Source of the DNA: Candidatus Omnitrophota bacterium
Lineage (GTDB): Bacteria; Omnitrophota; Gorgyraeia; Zapsychrales; Fredricksoniimonadaceae
Length of the DNA stretch: 64,000 nt
Direction of reading: 5' to 3'
Assembly (NCBI GenBank): GCA_028870995.1
Contig: JAGWOI010000011.1
Span: forward strand, 5,373-69,372
A program made the position numbers and the translations under genes. This document shows positions 39,672-48,079 of the stretch, piece by piece (position 1 is the first letter of the stretch; each line of letters starts with the position of its first letter). Under the pieces are notes generated by a model that was not told the DNA's origin, made no database searches, and saw only the letters and a program-made list of their open reading frames with translations.

Positions 39672-40442
39672 TTAATTTTTAAGTCCGATGCCCTTTTTGA
39701 ACAGAAACAGGTTAATGCAGGTCAACACAACGGTAAGGCCAAGCAGGATCAGCAAGCACACGCCCGGATCCACATCAGAAAACCCAAAGAAACCGTACCT
39801 GAAGCCGTTGACCATGTAAACCAGCGGATTGTACAACGAGATCTCCTGCCAGACCTTCGGCAAACTGTGGATCGAATAAAAAACCCCGCCCAGATAAATC
39901 AAAGGCGTCAGAATGAAATTCTGGAAGAACGCCACTTCATCGAAATTCCGGGCGAAAATACCGTTGATCAAGGCCGCCAGGGAGAACAGGATGGAACTTA
40001 ACAGCGTGAACAGGACCACCGCCCAGGCATGGGTGACCATGGGATGGGCAAAACAAAGAGACACCGCAAAGACCAGCACCCCCACCAGGACCCCGCGCAC
40101 GATACCGCCCAGCACATAACCGGTGATGACCACCCAGTCCGGCGTCGGGGAGACAAGGATCTCCTCGATATTGCGCTGGAATTTAGCTCCGTAAAAAGAG
40201 GCCACCACATTGCCGTACGCGCTGCTGATCACCGCCATCATGACAAGACCGGGAACGATAAAAGCCATATAACCGATGCCATTGATGGACCTGACCTGAG
40301 AACCGATGAATTTGCCGAAAATAACGAAATACAACGTCTGGGTGATCAGCGGCGGCAGCAGGGTCTGGGTCCAAATGCGCAGTATCCTGGTCGTCTCTTT
40401 GCGCAGGATGGTCTTTAAGGCTATGTAATATTCCCTCTTCAT
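39672..40442 (-). CDS. ABC-2 permease (YadH-like)
   Basis: RIWTQTLLPP, YMAFIVPGL, NPLVYMVNGFRYGF. Confidence 0.92.
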   Translation of the reverse strand: MKREYYIALKTILRKETTRILRIWTQTLLPPLITQTLYFVIFGKFIGSQVRSINGIGYMAFIVPGLVMMAVISSAYGNVVASFYGAKFQRNIEEILVSPTPDWVVITGYVLGGIVRGVLVGVLVFAVSLCFAHPMVTHAWAVVLFTLLSSILFSLAALINGIFARNFDEVAFFQNFILTPLIYLGGVFYSIHSLPKVWQEISLYNPLVYMVNGFRYGFFGFSDVDPGVCLLILLGLTVVLTCINLFLFKKGIGLKN

Positions 40443-41344
40443 TTGCTGACTATCTCCAAGAATAATTTTTCCAGGCGGTTGCCCTTCGGGTGGAAATCCG
40501 TGATCACAAAACCGCTCTGCGCCAATCTAAGGATCACTTCGTTGAGCTCTTCGCGCTTCTTGATTTCGATATCGAGCGTATGATCATCGACCTTGACGGC
40601 GTTAAAAGCTTGCGCCTTTTCCAGGGAAATCCTCTCCTTGAGCGTTACCCGGTAGGTGTCCTGCGGCATCCTGGTCAACAGGTGGCGCACGTTATCCAAG
40701 AGCACGATCTCACCTTCCTTGATGATGGCGCAATTACGGCACATCTGCTCCACTTCTTCGAGGTAATGCGTCGTCAACAAAATGGTGGTCCCCTGAGCAT
40801 TGATGTGCCTCAAATATTCCCACATGCCGTGGCGCAACTCCACATCGACTCCGGCCGTAGGCTCGTCTAAGATCAGCATGCGCGGATGGTGGATGAGGCC
40901 GCGGGCGATCATCAAACGGCGTTTCATCCCTCCGGAAAGTGTGCGTGCAATGGCCCGGCGCTTTTCCCAGAGCCCCACCCGTTTAAGGATTCCTTCGGAA
41001 TCCCTGACCGCGATCGAGTCATCAATGCCGAAATAGCCGGCTTGATTGACCACGATGTCCTGGACCCTCTCGAACATATGAAAATTGAATTCCTGGGGAA
41101 CGACCCCGATGCTCTTTTTGGCGCCTTCAAAATCAACGTCGATATCATTGCCGAAGATCTTAACCTGGCCGCCGGTCTTGTTGACCAATCCGGTCAGGAT
41201 GCCGATAAGCGTCGTCTTGCCGGCGCCATTGGCCCCCAAAAGCGCGAAGAAATCGCCTTGGGCCACGCACAAATCGACGCCCTTAAGCGCCTTCACGCCC
41301 CCTTTGTAGGTCTTGACCAAATTTTTGATTTCAATAGCGTTCAT
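40439..41344 (-). CDS. ABC ATPase (YadG-like)
   Basis: GANGAGKTT, LSGGMKRR, LDEPTAGVD. Confidence 0.95.
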   Translation of the reverse strand: MNAIEIKNLVKTYKGGVKALKGVDLCVAQGDFFALLGANGAGKTTLIGILTGLVNKTGGQVKIFGNDIDVDFEGAKKSIGVVPQEFNFHMFERVQDIVVNQAGYFGIDDSIAVRDSEGILKRVGLWEKRRAIARTLSGGMKRRLMIARGLIHHPRMLILDEPTAGVDVELRHGMWEYLRHINAQGTTILLTTHYLEEVEQMCRNCAIIKEGEIVLLDNVRHLLTRMPQDTYRVTLKERISLEKAQAFNAVKVDDHTLDIEIKKREELNEVILRLAQSGFVITDFHPKGNRLEKLFLEIVSK

Positions 41345-42132
41345 TTTTTAATGACGATGACTTCCTCAAGTTCTGAAAAATCCACGGCCGGCAGCACCAG
41401 GCAATCGACACTGTGGCTGTTAACCGAAGCGCGCACATCGGAAATTTTGCCGATCAACAGCCCGACGGGAAAAGCCGTGCTCAAACGCGAGGTCACCAGC
41501 ACGTCCCCCACCTTCACATCCGCGTTTGACGTCAAATATTGCAATCGCAGTTCCCCCTGCAAGGTCCCGGTCAAAAGCCCGTTTTCCCTGGAACGCTGGT
41601 CCACGGCAGCAACGGCGAAAGAAGGATCAGAAAGCAGGATCACCTTGGCCGTGTGTTCCCCCACCTCATAGATCCTTCCCACCACCCCCAAAGCATTGAC
41701 CACCGGCTGGCCCGCTTCAAGCCCTTCGGCGTGCCCCTTGTCGATGATCAAGGAGGCGTTCCAATCCGAAGGGTCGCGGCCGACCACATCCGCCACCACG
41801 GATTGGTAACCTTGATTCAGGCGGAAGGCCTGAATTTTTTCAAAGCGTCCTTCGGCCTGTTCGTTCTCCCGCATGGCGATCAACTTGGCTTTCAACACCT
41901 GGTTTTGCCTTTTGAACCGCACATATTCATCAAAGGTCTCCCGATAATAAAACAATTTCTTCAATTCAAAGGCAGGCACCTCCCATAGGCTCACCGGCCC
42001 GGCCACAGAGTCTAATAATCCTGCCGCTCTATAATTCTTGGGATGAAAAAAAAGAATCAAGAAGGGAACGACGATAACGGCGGTATACGCGACAGCCTTG
42101 ACGGCCTCTTTTTTGAAGATTGAGCGCCACAC
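41341..42132 (-). CDS. mreC: Rod shape-determining protein MreC
   Basis: TM + coiled coil, IIDKG, GVVGRI, GDVLVTS...FPVG; follows mreB. Confidence 0.92.
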   Translation of the reverse strand: MWRSIFKKEAVKAVAYTAVIVVPFLILFFHPKNYRAAGLLDSVAGPVSLWEVPAFELKKLFYYRETFDEYVRFKRQNQVLKAKLIAMRENEQAEGRFEKIQAFRLNQGYQSVVADVVGRDPSDWNASLIIDKGHAEGLEAGQPVVNALGVVGRIYEVGEHTAKVILLSDPSFAVAAVDQRSRENGLLTGTLQGELRLQYLTSNADVKVGDVLVTSRLSTAFPVGLLIGKISDVRASVNSHSVDCLVLPAVDFSELEEVIVIKK

Positions 42133-42139
42133 GATTCAC

Positions 42140-43213
42140 TTAGAAATCTAATTTCGCCTGGGCGGTAAACCGCCGGCGCATCATCGGAGACATGTTAAGG
42201 GTCGCCCCTGTCCCGTTGACAACGGCAGTCAAGGGATCATCAGCCACATGGACCGGCAAGCCGGTCTCTTCGGCTATACGCTTGTCCAATCCTCTCAAGA
42301 GGGAGCCGCCGCCGGCCATGACAATGCCGCGGTCGATCAAATCCGAGGCCAGTTCCGGCGGCGTGTGTTCCAGGGTCGATTTGGACGCATCCACGATGGC
42401 CTGCACAGGGTCCTGCAGGGCTTCACGGATTTCCACGGAAGTCACGTTGATCGTCTTGGGCAGGCCGGCAATGAGGTCGCGGCCGCGCACATCCATGTTC
42501 AATTCCTCTTCCAAGGGGTAGGCCGAACCCAGACGGATCTTGATCTCCTCGGCGGTGCGTTCGCCGATCATCAAATTATAAGTCTTGCGCAAATATTCGA
42601 TAATGGCCATGTCCATCTCATCGCCGGCGATGCGGATGGATTTGGCGTACACCAGCCCCCCTAAGGAAATCACGGCAAATTCGGTGGTACCGCCGCCGAT
42701 GTCGATGATCATGTTGCCGGCCGGCTCATGCACCGGAAGGCCGACACCGATGGCCGCCGCCTTGGGCTCTTCGATCAGGATCACGTTGCGCGCCCCGGCG
42801 TGCTCGGCGGAATCGATGACCGCGCGCTTCTCCACCTGAGTGATCCCTGACGGAATGGCAATGACGATCGTCGGACGGAAAGAAAAACGGTTGGGCTGGA
42901 CCTTCTTGATGAAATATTTAAGCATGGCCTCGGTCACTTCAAAGTCTGAAATGACGCCGTCCTTCATGGGACGAATGGCCACGATGCTGCCCGGCGTGCG
43001 GCCCAGCATGCGTTTGGCCTCCTCGCCCACCGCCACGACATGGTTGGAATCTTTTTCAATGGCCACGACCGAAGGTTCGCACAGGACCACCCCTTCACCT
43101 TTAACATAAACAAGGGTGGTGGCCGTGCCCAGGTCTATGCCTATGTCCTTGGAAAACAAACCCAGGGCCTGGTCATATATCAATTTAAAAAACTTCTTAA
43201 GTTGATTAATCAT
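42140..43213 (-). CDS. mreB: Rod shape-determining protein MreB
   Basis: [23 protein letters not shown]. Confidence 0.97.
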   Translation of the reverse strand: MINQLKKFFKLIYDQALGLFSKDIGIDLGTATTLVYVKGEGVVLCEPSVVAIEKDSNHVVAVGEEAKRMLGRTPGSIVAIRPMKDGVISDFEVTEAMLKYFIKKVQPNRFSFRPTIVIAIPSGITQVEKRAVIDSAEHAGARNVILIEEPKAAAIGVGLPVHEPAGNMIIDIGGGTTEFAVISLGGLVYAKSIRIAGDEMDMAIIEYLRKTYNLMIGERTAEEIKIRLGSAYPLEEELNMDVRGRDLIAGLPKTINVTSVEIREALQDPVQAIVDASKSTLEHTPPELASDLIDRGIVMAGGGSLLRGLDKRIAEETGLPVHVADDPLTAVVNGTGATLNMSPMMRRRFTAQAKLDF

Positions 43214-43221
43214 GAGGAACC

Positions 43222-43250
43222 ATATTAACGAAAAGCCCCTGGACTGTCAA
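43222..43250 (-). promoter_or_regulatory. Sigma70 promoter of mreB
   Basis: TTGACA-N17-TAATAT, 8 nt before the ATG. Confidence 0.65.
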
Positions 43251-43319
43251 ACGATTTATAAGGCCGATTCTGCTGATAAAAGATTGTGGAATCTTTGGAA
43301 GTCCCAGCCACTGCTTTAA

Positions 43320-44552
43320 TTAGGACAAGGCGCCCAAGGCTTTCATGTCGTTGATGAAAGAGGGATAGGACTTGCGGCAGGATTCGATGCCGGCCACCCG
43401 GCAGCCGATCTTAAGCCCCAGAACCGTGAAGGCCATGGCCAAACGGTGGTCATGATGAGAATCCAGCAACTGACCGCTTCTATACCGGGGCCGGGGCTTG
43501 ACAGTCAGGCTGTCGCTTGTTTCAATCACGCGGGCGCCGACCTTTAAAAGTTCAGCCCTCAAATCGCTGATGCGGTCGGATTCCTTGGCCCGGGCATGGC
43601 GGATGCCGACGAGACGGGTCTGCCCTTCGGCAAAAAGCGCCAATACGGCCATGACAGGCACCAGGTCCGGGCAGTCCTTCAAGGAGAATGTCCCTCCTTT
43701 TAAATCAAACGGCCCTTTGATTTTAATGGCCCGGGTGGTTTTGGTGAAATCAGCGCCCATGGCCTTCAAAAATTCCAGGATATGCCCGTCCGATTGGATC
43801 AGGTTGTCCTGAAAGTTTCCCAGTAAGCTCACTTGCGACGGCAGAAGGACAGCCGCAGCCATGGGAAAAGCCGCCAGGCCGTAGTCGGAAGGCACAACAA
43901 AATCCTTTAAACCTTTAAAACGCTGGCCGCCCTTGATGCGGTACTCCCTGGCGGAAACGCGTTTGATGACGATCCCCGCCCTGGCTAAAATCTGAATGGT
44001 CATTTGGATATAATCCTGGGACACCAGTTCCCTGCCTGTCAATACCACCTGCGAATCATTGGGCAAGGCGGGCAGGGCGATCAAAAGGCTGGAAATAAAC
44101 TGGGAGCTTAAGGACCCGTCGATGGCCACGCGGCCGCCGCGCAAAGAACCGCCGTTAAAGACGATCGGCACCGATTCCTTGGGACCGACCCCCCTGATGT
44201 CCATGCCCTGCCCTCTTAAGGAGGCGCATAAATGCGCATTGGGCCGTCCCACCAGGGTGCCTTTGCCCTTCACCACGGCTTGGGTTGTGTGGAAAGGCAG
44301 CAAGGGAAGTAAAAACCTTAAGGTCGTCCCCGATTCTCCGACGGAAAAGACCCGGGACTTGGACATCGAAAAAGCCTTCAGGGCTGCGGCGGTTTCGGAG
44401 GCCGCCAACGCATCATCACAATCGGATGCGTGTTTGATCCGGGATTTCCCTCCCCGGGCGGCGATGATATGCGCACGGATCGAATAGGATTTGGATGCCG
44501 GCAGGCGGACCGTGCCGCTCAGGCGTTGGACAGGCAGGCAATTTAAAATCAC
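43320..44552 (-). CDS. aroA: EPSP synthase
   Basis: PASKS, GESGTTLRF, SSQF, KESDR, DHRLAM. Confidence 0.95.
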   Translation of the reverse strand: MILNCLPVQRLSGTVRLPASKSYSIRAHIIAARGGKSRIKHASDCDDALAASETAAALKAFSMSKSRVFSVGESGTTLRFLLPLLPFHTTQAVVKGKGTLVGRPNAHLCASLRGQGMDIRGVGPKESVPIVFNGGSLRGGRVAIDGSLSSQFISSLLIALPALPNDSQVVLTGRELVSQDYIQMTIQILARAGIVIKRVSAREYRIKGGQRFKGLKDFVVPSDYGLAAFPMAAAVLLPSQVSLLGNFQDNLIQSDGHILEFLKAMGADFTKTTRAIKIKGPFDLKGGTFSLKDCPDLVPVMAVLALFAEGQTRLVGIRHARAKESDRISDLRAELLKVGARVIETSDSLTVKPRPRYRSGQLLDSHHDHRLAMAFTVLGLKIGCRVAGIESCRKSYPSFINDMKALGALS

Positions 44553-45373
44553 GGCTTTAAAACCACGGTATCGTTTTTGTGGACATCCTTGCTGACCAGC
44601 GGAGGGATAATATCGGCGGCGGACATCTCGTCCTGGACCCTGGCGGCCTTGATGTCGCCCAAATACTTGTTGTCGCGGTAAACGCCCAGGATATCATCAG
44701 GCCTGATGCCCTGTTTTAAACCAAGATTGAAGATCACAAATTCCGCATCCGAGTCGACACTTAAGATCTTTCCCTGGACATTGCCGTTCTGGCTTCCGAC
44801 GACGATCTTGCCCAATTCCATGGAGCTCTTGTCGCCTTGCGGGCCTGCCGCCGGGGTGACGCCGGGACCGCTCAAGGCATTGATCCTGGCCTGCATATCC
44901 TGATTGCTTTGGGTCAGGCTGGAGAGCTTGGCCTCCAGCTCCTTGCTCTTGTCTTCGGAAGTTTTCAATAATTGCTGGTATTGAGTCAACTTGGAGGCGG
45001 CATCATCCAGATCCGCCTTCATTTTTTCCCTGGCTTGAGTGAGGCTTGCCAACTGGTCTTTGAGCCCGGCATTCTCTTTTTTCAATGCCGCGCGCAGGCC
45101 CTCATTCAAATCACGTTCATCGAGCAGATTGTTGATCTTCTGCTCATCCTCTTTATTTTTATCTTCAACCAAGGTCAATTGGCCCTGGACATTCTTAAGT
45201 TCAGTCTGGAGCTTGAGCACATCGGCACGGCTATTGTCCAGCTCGCCCTGCTCATTCTTATACATGCGTTTTTCCAGCTGGTAAAGATAAAAACCAATGC
45301 TCGTTGAAGCCATCAACAAGATGACGATCAAAATAATGAAAATGGTGAGGGTTTTCCCAAATTTATTCAACAT
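44549..45373 (-). CDS. Membrane-anchored coiled-coil protein with C-terminal beta domain
   Basis: N-terminal TM, long heptad region, C-terminal GKILSV...FNLG..QG. Confidence 0.75.
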   Translation of the reverse strand: MLNKFGKTLTIFIILIVILLMASTSIGFYLYQLEKRMYKNEQGELDNSRADVLKLQTELKNVQGQLTLVEDKNKEDEQKINNLLDERDLNEGLRAALKKENAGLKDQLASLTQAREKMKADLDDAASKLTQYQQLLKTSEDKSKELEAKLSSLTQSNQDMQARINALSGPGVTPAAGPQGDKSSMELGKIVVGSQNGNVQGKILSVDSDAEFVIFNLGLKQGIRPDDILGVYRDNKYLGDIKAARVQDEMSAADIIPPLVSKDVHKNDTVVLKP

Positions 45374-45450
45374 AAATCATAAGATAGGGCATGTTTTTTA
45401 AGTGTTAATGTACATTATAAAAAGAACGTAAAGCTCCGTAAAGATTAAAA

Positions 45451-46350
45451 TTAGAAATCATCCTTCAGAAACTCGGGCGGCGTGGGGCAGGAAAATTCGA
45501 CATAGGCCTTGGTAACAGGATGAATGAAGCCGATGCTTTGGGCATGAAGGGCCAGGCGGGGGAAATTGTCCTTGCGGCCGTACTTCTCGTCACCCAAGAT
45601 CGTGTGGCCGAGATGCTTCATGTGGACGCGCAACTGGTGGGTACGCCCGGTCTGAGGGAAAAGCGCTATCAGGGTCGAACGGGAAAAACGATTGAGCACC
45701 TGGTATAAGGTGACCGCCTCCTTGCCTTTTCCCTCGGCCGCCACCTGCCGCTGGTCATGGAATTTTTTGTGCTTCTCCAGAGGTACATCCACGACCCCCT
45801 GGTCAAACTGAACCTTCCCTTCGACCCGTGCCACGTAGCGCTTCATCACCGTATGTTTTTCAAATTGCCGGCCCAACCGGGCATGGGCCAGATTGGTTTT
45901 GGCAATGAGAAGCAATCCCGACGTATCACGGTCCAGACGATGGACAATACCGGGACGGTCAGCGCCGCCGGCATCCGAAAGCTCCTGATAATGATAGATC
46001 AAGGCATTGACCAGGGTGCCGCTTTTGTGGCCGCTGGCCGGGTGCACGCTCAAGCCTGAGGGCTTATTGATGACAAGCATGTCCCCGTCTTCATAAAAAA
46101 TGTCCAGGTCCATCTTTTCGGCCGCAAGGTCCTTGGGCGCCCAGGCCTGCCGGTCGATGTCGACATCGATGGCATCCCCCGTCGCAACCTTATATTTTGT
46201 TTTTTCCTGACGGCCGTTGACCTTGACCGATCCGGCCTCGATCATTTTCTTGATGAACATGCGGGAAGGCACATCCGGCAGGGCTTGGGTCAGATAAACA
46301 TCCAAACGCAACCCCTTATGTTCTTCGCTGACGGTGTGTGTTTGTTTCAT
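45451..46350 (-). CDS. rluD: 23S rRNA pseudouridine synthase, RluD-like
   Basis: S4 domain RLD, RPGIVHRLDRDTSG, TGRTHQLRVH. Confidence 0.88.
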   Translation of the reverse strand: MKQTHTVSEEHKGLRLDVYLTQALPDVPSRMFIKKMIEAGSVKVNGRQEKTKYKVATGDAIDVDIDRQAWAPKDLAAEKMDLDIFYEDGDMLVINKPSGLSVHPASGHKSGTLVNALIYHYQELSDAGGADRPGIVHRLDRDTSGLLLIAKTNLAHARLGRQFEKHTVMKRYVARVEGKVQFDQGVVDVPLEKHKKFHDQRQVAAEGKGKEAVTLYQVLNRFSRSTLIALFPQTGRTHQLRVHMKHLGHTILGDEKYGRKDNFPRLALHAQSIGFIHPVTKAYVEFSCPTPPEFLKDDF

Positions 46351-47068
46351 GCGAAAAGACCTTGATTAGGATAAGACCAGCTGCAAAGACCGCCAGGGCG
46401 ACATACTGGGCGAGGGTCAAGCCAAAAGGAGCGGGAACGGTATCTCCGCGGAAGAATTCAACGATAAAACGCTCCATGGCGGCCAGCAGCAGGTAAAAGG
46501 CAAAAATAATGCCGGGCGCGTGGGGTTTTTGTCGAGCGGCCTTGAGGACCAAAAAGATGATAAACAGCATACCGCACTCAAAAAGCTGGGTGGGAAAAAG
46601 CCTGGCATGATGCACCGGATAATAAAGCCCCCAGGATACGGGCTTGCCGTAGCAGCAGCCTTTAAAAAAACAGCCGATGCGGCCGATGGATTGACCCAGG
46701 GCGATATAGGGCGCTGTCAGGTCCATGACCGGCCTTATGGACAATTTGTGCCGGCGCGCGAACCATAGGCCGGAGGCGATACCGCCGATAAAACCGCCTT
46801 GCCAGGCAAGCCCGCCCTGCCAGATCATGGGGATCTCAATGGGATTGGCCATATAATAAGGCCATTCAAGAAAAATGTAAAAGATCCTGGCCCCCAGAAA
46901 TCCGCCGATCATGCACCAGAACACCAGGTCATAGGCCGCCTCCTGGGACATGTTGTACTGCTTGGCATCAAGGCTCAAAGCCCAGCTGCAGACCAGCACG
47001 GCGATGGCGAGCATGACACCGTAACTGTAGATGGTAAAGGGACCGATGGTAAAAAGGATTGGATGCAT
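46316..47068 (-). CDS. lgt: Prolipoprotein diacylglyceryl transferase
   Basis: YSYG, GARIFY, GQSIGRIGCF, RFIVEFFR. Confidence 0.95.
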   Translation of the reverse strand: MHPILFTIGPFTIYSYGVMLAIAVLVCSWALSLDAKQYNMSQEAAYDLVFWCMIGGFLGARIFYIFLEWPYYMANPIEIPMIWQGGLAWQGGFIGGIASGLWFARRHKLSIRPVMDLTAPYIALGQSIGRIGCFFKGCCYGKPVSWGLYYPVHHARLFPTQLFECGMLFIIFLVLKAARQKPHAPGIIFAFYLLLAAMERFIVEFFRGDTVPAPFGLTLAQYVALAVFAAGLILIKVFSHETNTHRQRRT

Positions 47069-47161
47069 AAAAACCGGGACACAAGATCCCCTACTCCTTG
47101 CTCTGCATTACTTAATCCCCGCGGACAAACAAGAAACAGGTAATCTTGTGTCCCGGTTTTT
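47069..47161. repeat. 93-bp element with perfect 19-bp terminal inverted repeats, filling the lspA-lgt gap
   Basis: AAAAACCGGGACACAAGAT (47069-47087) / ATCTTGTGTCCCGGTTTTT (47143-47161). Confidence 0.85.
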
Positions 47162-47638
47162 TCATTTTGATGCTGGAATACATTTTAGCAGAATGATCGC
47201 AGCTCCGATAGTAATAGCGCTGTCTGCCACATTAAAAACAGGCCAGATGCGAAAATCAATGAAATCGATCACATATCCAAGAAGGATACGGTCGATCAAA
47301 TTGCCGATGGCCCCGCCCAGAATCAGAGAAAAAGCAATGATATAGGTGCGGGACAACTGGGGACTGTGGCGGTAATACGCCACATTGTAGATCAAAAGCC
47401 CGGTGAGGATAACGGGAACGATAATGAACACCGCCCCGCAGTCCCGGAAAAACCCGAAGGCGATGCCGGTATTATGCACCAGAGTGAAGCGCAGGACATG
47501 GGGCACGACGGACAAGGACTCGTTTAAACCCAAAAAATTAGAAAAAAAATGCTTGGTCAAACGGTCGACAAGGACGACGATTGAAACGCCCGATAAGAAA
47601 ATAATGATGTCCCACTGGGAACGGCGAGCCTCATGCAT
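47162..47638 (-). CDS. lspA: Lipoprotein signal peptidase II
   Basis: NTGIAFG, GGAIGNLIDR, FNVAD. Confidence 0.96.
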   Translation of the reverse strand: MHEARRSQWDIIIFLSGVSIVVLVDRLTKHFFSNFLGLNESLSVVPHVLRFTLVHNTGIAFGFFRDCGAVFIIVPVILTGLLIYNVAYYRHSPQLSRTYIIAFSLILGGAIGNLIDRILLGYVIDFIDFRIWPVFNVADSAITIGAAIILLKCIPASK

Positions 47639-47648
47639 GGGATGGCTG

Positions 47649-48041
47649 CTAGCGTCTCTTTGATTCCATTAATTCCTGACACTTCAGACAGGTTTGGGTA
47701 TGCGGAATCGCTTTTAAACGGGTTGCCGGGATCGGTTTCTTGCACAATGAGCAATGGCCGTAATTGCCTTCGTCGATGCGGTTCAAGGCTTCATTGACCT
47801 GGTATAAAAGTTCACGGTCATTGGCCGCCAGGCCTAACGTGAATTCGCGGTCGTACATGTCGGTTGCCACATCCGCCATATGCAGGGCATGCCCGGAGAC
47901 GTCCCCGCCGCGGTCGTTGCCGCTGCCGTTGTTTTCATCGGAAAGTCCCCGGATATCGCCGGTGATCTGTTCCTTGATCTTGATGAGCAGCTTCTTATAT
48001 GGCTCTAATTTCGGGTTGGTTCTTTTTCTCTTTGTAGCCAT
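47649..48041 (-). CDS. DksA/TraR C4 zinc-finger protein
   Basis: YGHCSLC...RLKAIP....CLKC. Confidence 0.9.
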   Translation of the reverse strand: MATKRKRTNPKLEPYKKLLIKIKEQITGDIRGLSDENNGSGNDRGGDVSGHALHMADVATDMYDREFTLGLAANDRELLYQVNEALNRIDEGNYGHCSLCKKPIPATRLKAIPHTQTCLKCQELMESKRR

Positions 48042-48079
48042 TCATACCTCCCTAAAGCCAAAGTATACTATATAAATTT

